This document shows, piece after piece, positions 22,990 through 36,960 of a stretch of 64,000 bases of DNA. A program made the position numbers and the translations under genes. The notes under the pieces were generated by a model, which did no database searches, was not told the DNA's origin, and saw only the letters and a program-made list of their open reading frames with translations. This stretch comes from Octopus vulgaris (lineage: Eukaryota). The stretch lies in assembly GCA_951406725.2 (NCBI GenBank), contig OX597815.1:103912001-103976000 (forward strand). Direction: 5' to 3'. The stretch's first letter is position 1; every line of letters starts with the position of its first letter.

Positions 22990-23838
22990 ATGTGTGTATC
23001 CGAACTATTGCCATAGTAACAAAGCTAAAGCACGCAGAGTGAATCCGCTTGGCACAGCTTGATCTTCATCTGTAATGTGCATGTGCAGTAAATTTTAATG
23101 TTCTAACTCACTTCCGCTGTTTACAATAGTGCTTGGAAGGAAGGTGTGTAGCGTGTGATCATTGCATTGACCATAATAGAGAAAGTTGTCATGGCGATAC
23201 CTGCTCAGAGGCCTACGCAAAGGTGTAGAAAGTGTATGGAGAGAGGTGTATGAGCCGCTACCAAGTGTACGAGTGGTTCAGACGTTTCTAAGATGGCCGA
23301 AAAAATGTTGATAGTGACGAACTTTCTGGGAGACCTGCAACCAGCAGAACTGAGAAAAACACCGCAGATGTTGCGAGCATCTGCGAGGGGAAATCGTCGA
23401 ATCAACATCCGTGAGTTATCAGTAGATGTGCAGATTAGTTACGGTTCAGTTCAGTCCATTATCACTGAAGATTTGGGTATGAGACGCGTGTCTGCCAAGT
23501 TTGAGCCAAAACTGCTTTCAGCTGACCAAAAAGACATTCAACTTTCAGTTACACAAATCTCCTTGATTGTGTCGTCGAGAACGATGAAATCGTTTTGAAA
23601 ACTTTTCGTACCCTCTGAGCAAGAATCACCAAGCTATTGGCAAAATTGAATGCAGATTTAACGCTACACACATTACTTCCAAGCACTACTGCAAACAGCG
23701 GGAGTGAGCTAGAACGTTAAAACTTAGTGCGCATGTACCAAGGGAATTGACGGTCAATCTGTACCAAGCAGTTTCAGACTGCATGCTTTAGCTCCGTTAC
23801 TATGTCAACAGTCCGGATACTTATTGATTAGACTACGT
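22990..23838 (+). mobile_element. internally deleted mariner transposon
   Basis: Broken peptide ..KVYGERCMSRYQVYEWFRRF*DGRKNVDSDELSGRP..NRRINIRELS..ISYGSVQSIITEDLGMRRVSAKFEPKLL (bipartite HTH plus a WVP-equivalent linker); right TIR CCGGATACTTATTGATTAGACTACG followed by TA. Confidence 0.85.
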
Positions 23839-24501
23839 ATGAACGCGTCTTATAATAATCACAGGGTTTTTTCGAAATAATTATTTCAGAAGGTATTCGG
23901 AAGTTGTGCCGCGGTAGAAATCTTTGCAAATCTACAGTAGCTCTAACTTGGCACTACTGTCACAATCTATCTTGTTTATATTATACACAAGTTCAAGTGC
24001 TTCAATGTTTACTTCCGTCTAAAATCATACAAGTATTTAGTTCAACTTAAAAACAAAAATGCTTAAGAAATTTTGCTTAAAAACTTAAGCAAGTATTAAT
24101 TAAAACAATAATTTTTACCTTAATTAACTAACATATTACGATGATTATGGATGATCTCCAAGATAAACAAGAAATGCCAGTTATTGTCAAGCGTGATTAA
24201 ACATAATTTCATCAAAGTGCTTCAAGTTTCCGAGAAGTATAACTAGGAATGCGTTCTCCACTGTGGCCTTTTCTAAAGATAGTAACCTGCGTTTTTTAAG
24301 GGATATTTAGCAGCAATTTCTAGTGGATCGAGTATCCATGTAAGGATTCATTTGTTAGCCCCACATATTCCAGTAATGTTCTGTATTCATAATTATTCAA
24401 TTATGCTGCATACCTGTTATAAACATCAGGATTCAGTGCCGTTGTCATAATTTAAAATTGGCAAATATATACATCGATATTAGATAGTCATATATATATA
24501 T

Positions 24502-24672
<171 letters not shown>

Positions 24673-26434
24673 TACATAGATATTTCTTTAAAGAACTGTT
24701 CCATAGTTTGCAGAAAATATTACGGTACTTCAAGCTATTTTACCAATTGTTACCAATTGTTGTTTCAGTTAAGGTAGATGTGTGGTAGGACAATGAAATC
24801 AGAAGCATATCTGTTTTGACCGAACAGAAAACCTAGCGTAAGTTATTTTGGCCGTTAGCCGGTTTTGAATTGTATCTCCACTTCAAACCAATAACTCAGA
24901 TATCACTTGTTGGGTTTACAAATTTTTGGTACCAGTTTTGTCACGTACCATGATAAATTTTATTCGAGAATATTTGGTCTTCTGAAATTCTTTTTATATA
25001 CATATAAATGTGAATTTATTTTCGGTTATGTGACATATTCTGTTTGTGTAATCGAGGGACCTATCTATATACAGTATCAAAATGTAAGATATTATGTATT
25101 CCACGGACACTTCTACTCTTAGTGTAATGTCTAAACAGAGTTATGGTAACACTGAGTGCGACGGCAATGAACACCTGATTAACAATTTGTCCAATAATTA
25201 GACGTTTATGCTTTAGTTTGAAATGCGTTATAAAAGTGAAAAAAATTGCTCACAATTCTGTGTACTTGAATGAGAACTAGAAACATATAATTACGAAGGG
25301 AACTGCTCGATTATTTAGCCATGCGGCAATAACTAATTCACTGGTTGTGAATAGAAACAGGAGCTTTTTGCTCATAATAATGTCAATAATGATTTACCCC
25401 ATAACCCACAGTTTCCTTTGAACCTGTAGAGTTGTCACAATCAGCACTAGCACTTGATTAATAGTATATTTTAAAGGCATAAAAATTTAAAGATAAATTG
25501 ACTGATGAGATTTGATCTCGGGACAAAAAAAAAACCATGTATCTAAACGACGCGTAAAATTCAGCAACAACTTTAATGGTTCTTCCACTCTGCTTGATTA
25601 AAAACTTCCCGGTAATTTATTTATATACTAAAAGGTGCTATATGTATATTTTATTTCGTATTAACATACTAAGTAAATTAATATTATTGGGAGCTATTGT
25701 AAAACGAGAAATATTGATAAAAATATAACCAAAGATTAAAGTTAAAATATTCAAAAGATATGCCAGAAATAATTTCAAATTATTTTTCCATTGCCCTGGG
25801 GAAAGTAATTTAAAGAAATACCGATTATTTATTAAATTTATTTTATATTCTGTCAAGTGAACTCGAAGGCGTAATGTATCATAAATATAATATTTATTTT
25901 GCAGTTTTAGTAATTCGGTAAATAAATGACTTCAACAGATCGTTTTTTAGTTTGTTTTAGCCTTGACAATCAAAGCTATGCTAGAACAAGCATTACTACG
26001 ACGACGTGTGGAAACTGGAAAATGGTGTTCTGGGCGAGTCGTGATGGCCAATCTAAATATGCATCAACCCGTATATTCAATTTTTATTTTGTAATTTTAC
26101 TACTTTTAAAATTAGAGTCGGACGTTCATTTATATATCACAAACTTGACAGAGACAATAGTTTGTGTTTAATTCAAAAAAAGAGCTGAGAAAAAGGCAGA
26201 AAGTTATAAACTAATATTAGCGTGAGGAGGTGATCAATTCAAAAGTCCCTGTCATTCGATCTGTTAGAAACAGTAGACGCCATAACATGTAATGCCAAAC
26301 TGTCTTTCCTGCTTTCTCCTTCAGATTCTCACTCACTCGCGCGCTCTCCTTCTCCCACTTTCTTTTTCTCCTCCTTCTCTCTCTCCCTCCTTCTTTATTC
26401 TTTTACATAAATTTCTCTCAACTTTTATTATTCA

Positions 26435-26837
26435 CTAGCAGTATCGCCCGGCGTTGCTCGGGTTTGTAAGGGAAATAACTATATAAGCATTTTTAGAGAG
26501 TTATAGCCAAAAAATATAGCAAAAAAATGCATTAAAAATGGAAAAAAAATTATGGTAAATTTTTTTATTAAATCGTTGTCTCATCGCAGACATTTTTAGA
26601 GAGTTACTTCCCTTATATAATAGCGAAAAAAATGCATTAAAATGGAAAAAATGATGGTAATTTTTTTTTTTTTAATCGTAGACTCATCGTAGATGCGCAC
26701 TAATACCCAGAAGGGCTCGATATGAATCATGACTATAAGATACCCGGTTTTGGTTAAACTGCACCGCAAAATGTGGGAGTAGTTAGGAATCTAAATCGTA
26801 GGAGACAGACACACAACCTTACTTTTATATATAAAGA
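26435..26837 (-). mobile_element. non-autonomous Helitron (~403 bp)
   Basis: Minus strand starts TC(TTTATATATAAAAG) and ends with hairpin CCCGAGC-AAC-GCCGGG then CGATACTG-CTAG; inserted between A and T with no TSD; contains an internal duplicated block. Confidence 0.8.
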
Positions 26838-29800
26838 TTTTCATTCGATGAATCTGTCTCTTCATTTCTCTGTCAATTTCTTCCTCCGTGTTTGCGACTC
26901 AGACTGTTTCTTCGTTTCTTATACCACCTTCATGCTTCCGTTTTCTTCTCTCTCACATTCAAGCATACAACAGAGCTAAACCGGAAACAAGTAATTTGTA
27001 TATACTCTCCATTTGTGACCATACGTTTATTTTCTATATGACAAGTATTGTTTGCGTATAGCCTTATCACTCTTGATTGACGACAAGATCAATAATCACC
27101 AAAAACGTCTAAAGTGTAGATTGAAATGATGCACCTTACCAAAATCACCGAAATGTATTCATCTCTTCTCTGCCGCTTATAATATTTAATTTGGTCATTC
27201 ATTTATGTATCACAGAGTTGAGAACCTTTCTAAAACATTGTCACTCTGCCTTTTACTAACAGCAAGTGTAATTAAGTCTAGCGTCAACATCTCAGTTTTT
27301 CTTCCTCTCACACTAACCTTCATCTTTAACTTACCTCTCTGTCCCTCCCTCTCTCTGCCTCCCTCCCCATTCTCTCTCCTCTCCGTTCTCTCTACCCTCT
27401 CTCTCTCTCTCTCTCTTCCAGTCTTTCGCAGTCATATTTCTGTATGTGGCACATTCACGCTTTATGTCGTGTTTTAATGTTAAACTCATGCAACATGATA
27501 TTACGTTTCTTTTTTTTTTTTTTTGTAGGGGTTGTACCACTTCAGAATGAAAGCACTTTCTGAAAAACATCAGTCAATCTTTTATATCTTTGTAAGGTGA
27601 TCCTTTTTAGTGCCTTCGGGAGTAGCTGGAGGAAGGAAAGATGTTCTTTAAAGGGATCCCTAAGCTTATTGCTTGTAACACAAATGACATCCCTAAGAGT
27701 ATTAGTAGACTAAGTGATATAGCTTAAATCGGGCAACTGCCAACATCTTTTTCACCTTGTAAGTTAATTTCTATGTATGGCAACATGCTAATGGAGAGGT
27801 TGTACTAGATGAAAAGGCATAAAAAAAAATTACTTTCATAATTTTATGAGCATTTTTGAGATGACATTAACATTTATATTCTGGGATAGAGCTCAGAATC
27901 TTTTGCATTCGTTCATCTTTTTTTAGAGGAAGTCATCGATATATGTCCAAGAGATCAGAATGCCATAATCTTCGTGTGCAATAGTGGACCTTATGGTAAT
28001 TTCATCACTTTTTATTCATACTACTAAATGAATCAAAATCCCGGAAGAGCTTTTTCCAGAATAGTTTAACACCGACAGAGAGAGCTATTAGCAAATGAAT
28101 TTTTTGTTCTTGATTTCATGGTTTCCAGATCAATAGACCTTATATTTCCATCACGCATATTTTGAGCTATACGTTGCTAATATACATAATTCAGAGTGGG
28201 AACAGATCTATGCCTCATGTAAAGGTTTTAATTTAGAACTAATTTCACCCTAACGTGACTTATTTTGTTATATCGGCGGAATTTTGAAAGCACACAAGCA
28301 AGGACCAGGACAATGGTCTAACCAGATTCTGATGTGAAGCTTATAAATTTCTAAAAATAAAAACGTTATTTAATTATTTTAATATTAATTTAAAACATAA
28401 CTTGATTTAAAACCTTAATTGAAAACAAAACATGTATGGAGGAACTACAATAGTCTTTTTTCATCTGGCTTTATTTTAGCAGTTATCTATTTAAGAGAAT
28501 TCATTTCAGAAACCATCAAGTCTCATTATATAGAGAGCGAAAGCAAACCGGGAAATATTTTATTAAACATTATAGAACAAATATAGGCCTTATGTGTTTT
28601 AGCTGATAAAACGCTCGTTGTGAAACTACATTATTTATTGGTAAGGTCGAAAAATATGGTAGAGCGTGGGCAGGTGAGAATAAATGGAATCCATGCCACG
28701 GTGGATCATGAATTTCTGTACATTGCTGATGTTCCTTTTTGTGTCACCTGTATTTGCTTTACTGCCAGTGCACGTTATTTCTTTGCATATAATATTCAAT
28801 GTACGAAACGCTTCTACAATTTCAGTTTGACAGCGAATGATACTGGAGTCCATATCTTCTAAAATCTACTCATTTGTCCTCATTATCTGCACAATTAAAA
28901 TGTTTTGCATCTAGATTTAACAATGTTACGTGTTTAAATTGAACGAAAATTTTCCTGTACTACTTATAACAAAATCTAAGGACATTCAGTAGAATTCAAC
29001 TACAATTTTCTGACGAGCATCATATAATTCCTTCAGCCTGTACAATTTCATCCTGGAATATTTTTCTTTTGTGTTCTCTCTGCAATTTCTGTTCTATATT
29101 ATCACATTTTCGAGACAATCTAAATACTGCCTTTTTCAATATGTTTGAATGTAGATTTCTACATATTTCGCATATTTTTCACATCGTTTTTCAAGAGCCG
29201 AATCAAACGAGAAGCCATCAATACAATTAGACTACGTTTCTGTAATTATATAAATTAAGTCTTCTTTCGCGTTTTACTCCAGAATATAAGAACAACTAAG
29301 AATTCATAAGAACAGCGTGTTTCTATTATATACTTTACCTCGGTAAGCTGATTAGTTGTACAGTTTTATAACTCAGCATCCAGATTCTTTTTAGAGCAAC
29401 TACTAGTTCTGAGGAAATTCTGCAACACTTCCTTTACTGCTGAATTCCCCCTGGCGCCTATAACAAAACATCTTTTTAGACTCTGTGCAAAATATTTATT
29501 CTGACTGTGTTGTTCTTTACATTGTACATTTAGTACTGAAGAAGAGGTACACAATTAGAGAAAAAAATTCCAGATTTCAAACATATACCTTGGTTTTACT
29601 ATTGGTACTTATCACATGAATTCAGCCAAATTTAAATTATGTGCGCAACATTGTGTAACGATTACATTTAGATCAACTTACCAATCTTTGTGACTAAATA
29701 TATCTTACTCGACTTGATGCATGTTCCGTTGTAACATAAAGCCATTAGCAACTTTAAAAAAGGTTTTCATATCTTGCTCCAGGCAATTCGATGAATTACA

Positions 29801-29927
29801 TGAATCGTTCTGCTATATCATTAAGCTTATTAATGATAATCGCACAAGATGCTGCAGATGACGTCGGGAATGGATAATAATATGAAATGACAGAGGTGAA
29901 TTAACCAAACCCGAAAGAATCTTTCTC

Positions 29928-29929
29928 AA

Positions 29930-30004
<75 letters not shown>

Positions 30005-30012
30005 CCTCATCA

Positions 30013-30061
<49 letters not shown>

Positions 30062-30104
30062 CATTATTTTCATCCTTATTACTATTATCATCATCATCAT
30101 CATT
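29928..30104. repeat. compound (TTA)n/(TCA)n microsatellite
   Basis: Read directly. Confidence 0.95.
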
Positions 30105-30512
30105 AATGTTTGCAAATACAAGCGCTACCAATTGAAAACTACGAATAACGGAAACTAGGGAATGCACGCCGTTTCAGAACTTTTCTCTCCACATCATTAT
30201 TGTTCCCCCAGCGCCTCTCACGCAAATGAAGCTTCACTTGCTAGATCAACTGATTACTAGGCTTCATTCAATATAGTTTGAACTATTGGCCATCGTCTAC
30301 TTTTAACCAAATTTCAGAGGCCTGCTTTCTCCATTGTAGTCTAGGTACAGATATTGATGGTATTTCGTTTACCTTGGGTTAGGCCTAGCGACACTACCCA
30401 TGACATCACACCATTTCTCTACTGAATCCTCTTTACATTGCTCGAAATGTTCATAACGGCCTATCTTTCGAGTCTCAATGATATTTATCCATCTCTCTCT
30501 CTCTCTCTCTCT

Positions 30513-30556
<44 letters not shown>

Positions 30557-30669
30557 TTGGAAAAAGGATGCGCGGCGTTCGATCATATAATAATATAAAT
30601 AATATATAAATACATGCTTATATGCATACATATATGTACATACCTGCATATATATGTATATATACATGC

Positions 30670-31350
30670 ATATATGGGTACAGGACGTCAAAAAACGTTC
30701 AATGCAATGAGAAACGAAAACATAAAAGCAAAATCATCGAAAACAAACTTTTTTCGAACAACGAAAAAAAAAACAAACAGAGAAATGAGACATGCAATTC
30801 CCCTTCATCAGTTGCCCCTGTTTCATCTACTCCGCGTCACGAAGATAAGGACAATACGCGATTTCGTTGAAACAATCCTTCCCGGAAAGCAAATTAAATA
30901 AAATTTGGCATTTTTTGCGGAAAGTGGTAACAAGAACAGGACAGTGAGAACAAGACAGTAAAAACAAACGGTGAGGGCTGTTGAGCCAAGACGATAGAAA
31001 AATTATTATGAACGCTAGGAGGATGCTACTTCTTAAGTGTCTACTGGGACAGAAACTTCTAAGGTCATGTTTGTCAAGATATTCATTGTCATGTGTCAGT
31101 CTGACAGAGTAGGAGGCCCAGTTCCTCCCTGTTGACACTGCGGAACTCCACTTCGCTCTCGCTGACAATCTCCACGCACTTCTCCACCGCAAAATCCACG
31201 TCAATGGATGGGTGTAGGGATATCACATCCATGCTGCCCACTATGCATCCTGTCAGGTCACATGTGTTGTTACTGTCTTTGATCCTACTGAGGAGATCAT
31301 CCGTGCTGTCATAAACATCTGGTGACATCTGGGCAATGAGGCGTATGATC
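30670..31350 (-). mobile_element. deleted remnant of a second, unrelated PLE family (RT fragment joined to a probable 3' UTR), within (TA)n
   Basis: 31090-31350 encodes STDDLLSRI...[17 protein letters not shown]...[10 protein letters not shown], a PLE RT motif 3/A region distinct from the intact element; TA-rich arrays lie on both sides. Confidence 0.7.
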
Positions 31351-31354
31351 ATAT

Positions 31355-31441
<87 letters not shown>

Positions 31442-31769
31442 CACACACACACATATATATATATACATATATACAAATATATATATATATATACATATAT
31501 GTATATATATCAACATTTTTATAATAAACATTTTGTTTATTATAAAAGTGATGGTTTAGAGTGGTTCGACGATTTAGCGTCTATTTTCAGTGTACAGGCA
31601 TGATAACCTCAGTACCCTTAATTATGATTGTATTTTATATTATTATAAATCTCTTTATACATATAGAGAGAGATTTATAATAATATAAAATACAATATAT
31701 ACATATATGTGTGTGTATACATATATATACATATATATATATATGCATATGTATATGTATGTATATATG

Positions 31770-31915
31770 TAGGCGCACGCGTGGCAGCGTGTTAAGAAAT
31801 TTGTTTCTAAACTACATGGTTCCGCATTCAGTTACACAACGAGGCACCTTGGGCGAGTGTCTTCTGCTTTATTCTCTCAGGTTGACCAAATCCTTGTGAA
31901 TGGATTTTGTAGGCG
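31770..31915 (+). mobile_element. decayed SINE head
   Basis: GGCGCACGCGTGGC...CATGGTTCC..TTCAGT...GGCACCTTGGGCGAGTGTCTTC. Confidence 0.6.
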
Positions 31916-33126
31916 GAAAGAGTCCTAGTTTCCGCCACCAAAGAAATATGTGGGTGGACAAAATCGACAAACAGACACTCACACGTGCATATGTGTATAT
32001 GCCATTATGGAAAAAGATAAGTTTACATTCTGGAAGTAACAAGACAGTCAAAGACACTTTCGTCTGCGTCAATCGCCGTTGTCAGCACGACAGTTGGACT
32101 GTCTTATCTCAAGTAGCCAAAGGACTTGGGTGTGCATAGAAAACAGAATAGAAAACATTTATAAATTTTCGTAATTATTTTTGCTGATTGTGGCTATTGA
32201 ACGAGAAACACGTCTCGAGGAGTGTCCTCTTATCTGCAGATATTAAACTTGTCTTTTTCTTTATTAGCATGAAAATATTGAAGAATTCTTAATTCTTGAG
32301 ATTGTCTCCTGTTTATGAGACATCCTCTAGATGCAGTGAATAATTAGCTGTATCATGATATTTGTATGATATTTGATATACCTGTATTTGTCTATAGTAT
32401 TTAAATTCACGCCACTTGCTACCTTACGTTTTTCTTCAACGTTCATTACTTTGTTTAAATTATCATATTACATTATTTTAACTCTAGTTCTGATTAGTGG
32501 GTATTGTGTGTTTGTGTGTATACACACACAAACACACGCAAACACTCACATACACACACAAACGCTCATACACATACTCACACACATACACACAATGAAT
32601 AGTATTCTCTCATAGTCCCAGAAATACAGTCCTGCAATTTCTTGCTAAACAACATGCACAAATGGTTTGTTTATAGTGACCAATTATGTGTGCTGGGCAT
32701 TAGCTCGTTTCGTCCATCAAATTGATGTTACCTGAACAGACGCGTGATGTCCACTTGTTAGGCGTCGAAGCGATCGCAGAGCAATGCGAAGTGAACAGTT
32801 TTACTCAGGAACACATAGCACAACTCGTCCCAGAAATATATATATATATGAAGGCGCATGGCCTACAGGCGAGAGGTTGCCCTCACGATCGCCAGATGGT
32901 GGTTTCCATTCTTGGGGCCGGTATTGCTATAGTTTCTTGAGCAAACCTCTTTATCTCATATTTCATTGCGATCATTTCGTCATCTGACGTGTAGTACACT
33001 GTGCACCTCTTCAGACAGCGTCGATTTGGTGCAAATACTGAGTTAAAGCACAGCACATGCATTTGATTACTATAAACTAATCATTTTCGTAGGTTGTTTA
33101 GCAAGAAATTATTAGACTATCTTTCT

Positions 33127-33167
<41 letters not shown>

Positions 33168-33171
<4 letters not shown>

Positions 33172-33366
33172 CCAAAAGAGCGAAGAAAAAACACAAGAAA
33201 GAAAAGTAAAACCGCGAGGACGTGGTACATGCAAAATATTAACAGACGCTCAGGGAAAGAAAGAAGGGTAGTTATACGTCTCGAGCAAAGCTCTTCGTCA
33301 GAATCGGGAGACAGAGGAAAGGCCAAGAGAAAAGTAAGACGAAAGAAAAAATCGCCAACGTTCCAC
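33168..33366 (-). mobile_element. short PLE pseudo-LTR-like repeat next to (TA)n with a degenerate hammerhead; related copy at 46170-46360
   Basis: Both copies share TAATCCAAA...GAGGACGTG...GACGCTCAGG.AA..GAGC...GCTCTTCGTC.GAA...AAAATCGCCAACG; minus strand CUGACGA-A-GAGC-UUU-GCUC-GAGA-CGUA. Confidence 0.6.
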
Positions 33367-35858
33367 ATGTATGTATGTATGTATGTATTTGTGTATGTAT
33401 GTATGTATGTACGAATGTAAGTACGTACGTATATATGTGAGTATATATATAAAATATAAACATTGTATAAATATTATATAACTGTAGAAATAGTTTTATG
33501 TATACACATAAAACTGTGTTCGACTATGTTCGTGTGTGCCTATATGTAAGATTACATGTATGTATCTATGTATGTGGGTCTATATATATATATATATACG
33601 TATGTGTCTATGTGTATATATGTGTGTGTGTATGTATAAATATGTATGCATGTATGTATGTATACACAGACTGTATGTTGAGTATTGAGTATTTTATGTC
33701 ACTGACTGAAGTACATTGTCTGCGAAAAAAAACTATAACAGATGTAACGTAAAACGCATTTTTATTTCTGTCTCCCCAATATACTATCGTATTGTTTTGC
33801 TACCGTTATTCACTGTTCAATTCTATTGTTTACGCTGATGCTTTGCTTGTTGTCTTATATTTTCATTTATATTTACCTTTCTATTGTTTCGCTGTACAAT
33901 GAACCACTTTCAGCATTAAATCACTAAAGCTAAGAGCAAACAGTCAGTCAGCATCGTTATTGATGGCAATAGTAAAAATATTGCAATAAAGAATGCTGGG
34001 GTAAAAAAAAATAAGAAAGAAAGAATTCGATACCACGTGCCTGATTGTAAATTGTGTTGTATGGTGGTGCAAAGAGATATTCTATGATTCACAAAATGAA
34101 GAGAATGTCTTTTCGCAGTGAAATCATTCCATTTGCAATCATCAACATTAACGAAACTACCTTAGAAGAAAGAAATTCAATTAATTAAAGAAATATATTT
34201 TCTTTTCGGTGAATTCTATTTCAAATGTGTTTATCTTCGCTTTAGTCTTACTGCGGGTATGTGTGTTTGTGTACGTACGTAGTGCGTATGTGCATGTGTG
34301 TGTGTTGTGAGTGGGTGGGTTGTTGTGTGTATGTGTCTATTTGTAATTACGAGTGTGCGTGTGTGTGTGTGTATTTATGCCGTCTGAGTGTAAATGGGGT
34401 TTTCTGTAAATTCGTAAGAATGAGTCATTGTAGTATGTGTGCGTTTGTGTGTATGTTTATGTATTGCTTACGTTTGTGTGTCGGTTTGTATGTATAAACC
34501 TTGTTATAGCTGTGTGTGCGTCAATGTATTTATATGTGCTCATGTTTCTGTGTGTGTGTATATATAGAGAGAGACAGAAACTCATGCACACACACGCGCG
34601 CGCGATGACACATATACTATACACACACGCACACACATTCACACTCATATGCATTTTGTTTTAGTTTTGTGTTTTTGTTTGTTTTTTCAGTTTCTCCAGA
34701 TTTTTTTTCCTTTCCGTTGTTTATTCTTACTCTTCACTGCCGCCTTCTGTATAACTTAATTTCGTTTTCCTATTTGTTTTTGAAAATGTGTACGTTTTTA
34801 TCTTATTACTTGGTTGTAAATTATTTTTGTTATTACCCTAGAATTTGACTCTATACCTTTCCTTGGTATATATTGCCTTGCTATGATACTGGTTTGTTTT
34901 CATAGTAGGCATATAGTTTTGTCACATGTATTTAGATATGACAATTATCAAATGTACGAAATGTAGAATATTGACAAAAGTATTTTATGATACAACATAT
35001 ATAGTATATGATTGCTCTTTCTAGAACACGGAATTTGTTTATGAAGATGAAATTTTGTTGACACTTTCAGTATCATAGGCTGCACCAACTTAACCAGAGA
35101 GAATCTGTAAAATTTATTGTTCTCTCTCTTAATATTATGTTTACGTTTAATTGTATTGATTTCGTATTCCGCTGTATATTCCCTTTCCAGCGATTGCAAA
35201 TAGAATCACTAAAGCACATGCATGAACACGGTTATACACAGTTTCGTTTAATTTCACCTATTTTCCGAAATGCAAATTATAATGTTTAGGTTGTAGTAGA
35301 TAGACAAGCGTTTTACAGAAAGAGCTGAATGCATTAATTTCAGAGTTCAAACTCACGCGTGGTTTTTGTATTTCAATCCTTCACGTTGTCATTTAGGTTA
35401 TGGTCAAGTCTCATAGAAATGAAATATAACCAAAATGATTCCAGCAATGGCCATACAGTCTTTGTTCGTGATATTTCCGTAAACATTATTTAATGTGTAT
35501 CTTTCTGTTTGTAAAGCGGTGAAGTGTGATTTTAGAGATATGTGACTGATATTTTTAGCAGATCGTATGACCACGTAAACAGCTTCCTCATTGATAAAAC
35601 ACGTATCTAAATACATTGAGCTCAACTCGGTTACTTTTTTAATATCCATAAAATTGTGTTTAGACATAGATATTCGCGTTATGTGCAACATGATGCGAAA
35701 CATCAAATAATTTAATGAAGTTAAATGCAATATACATCAAAAGCATCATTACGTTATCAGTGTTGTGACGATATAATTTGCTGTAAATATCAGCATAACT
35801 AGCTATTCGGTTTCTCGATCCGGGTTCCTACACCTCAGCCACAATAAATGGTATTTAC

Positions 35859-36002
35859 AAAAGGAAGAACAGGACAAACAACTGGAAATAGAAGGAATTA
35901 CATGAACAATTCATGCAACATCGAGGATGTTGGTCCTCAATTTTGCATGAATTGTTCATGTAATTCCTTCAATTTCCAGTTGTTTGTCCTGTTCTTCCTT
36001 TT
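35859..36002. repeat. ~69-bp-arm fold-back palindrome at the truncated end of the R4-like LINE
   Basis: AAAAGGAAGAACAGGACAAACAACTGGAAAT...CATGCAACATCGAGGA-tgttgg-TCCTCAATTTTGCATG...GTCCTGTTCTTCCTTTT, about 3 mismatches. Confidence 0.9.
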
Positions 36003-36960
36003 ATTCTTGAATTATCCTCCTTCTTTGGTAACGCTTTGAATATTTCTAGACGCCGATAGTATCCTTTCTTCACTACGTAAAAACATAGCTTTTTGAAACC
36101 CAATATTGTAGTACCAATTATGCCTTCTGCGTTTAAAAATTGTCTGCCTCATTCCTTTCTTGGTCCGAAGAGCTTGTCGATATTACTTTCAAAATGGGGC
36201 ACGCTGTGCATTGGAAGCAGTTTTCCAGTTCTTCTGTCTAATTCCTGCCACTCTGTGTATTTTAGAGAAGATACAGAGTATCTTTAATAGTGGCACCGGT
36301 CATGTATTCATTGCTTTGATAATATTTCCAGCATTTAATTTTGTTTCGAGCACATTCCTAACTGTTCACTTATATTCTTTGGAGATTTTCTCTCATTTCT
36401 CCTTCCACATTATCCTCTCGTCCTTGATCATTACAAGGTACGTGTATCCCTCATTATTTCTCAGTAAGTTTATGATATCCTCTTGTTGTAAATGTACACC
36501 ACTAGAACTGACCTTTTGGCTTTTCTCCATAATTAATATTGCGTACTTATTTATCCCAAACTTTATCACTTATCTTTTCTAACTATTCTGACCGTTTTAT
36601 ATGTTCAGATCTTTTTCATTTCTGTATTATTAATTTTCGCCTTAGTTTTGGCAAATTCATAGGCAGGCCTGGATTTTCTTAGTATTTTTGTCAAACCGAC
36701 TTACGTAATAACAAAACATAATAGAAAAGACAAGTTTCCCTAGAATAACCCCTACGTATTTTCTCGTTTCATAACGATCCATTTGTGCATGTTATTTCTA
36801 CTTCCCACGATCTGAAGTTTTTTTTTCATTGATCCCACGCGTTCTCAGATACTTCAATAGTCAACAGTATGGAATAATATCATAAGATTTCTTGTAGTCT
36901 ATCCAGCTAAAGGTTAAGGTCGTCTCTGTTGGTTGGGCCTCGTTTACTAATATGGTAGCT
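35934..36960 (-). mobile_element. decayed R4/Dong-like (RLE-type) non-LTR retrotransposon, RT region
   Basis: Minus-strand remnants WIDYKKSYDIIP, GYTYL, KISKEY..VRNVLETKLNAGNIIKAMN, ELDRRTGKLLPMH..H.ESNIDKLFGPRKE.GR, WKLKELHEQF. Confidence 0.75.

Noticed and set aside
25960-26070. Possible exon after ttgttttag (TTCGNWKMVFWASRDGQSKYAST)
   Set aside because: Weak donor and no similarity to CARP or any family I recognise.
28603-28673. Possible exon with gtaagg/gtgaga donors
   Set aside because: No recognisable peptide; such splice-like motifs are expected by chance.
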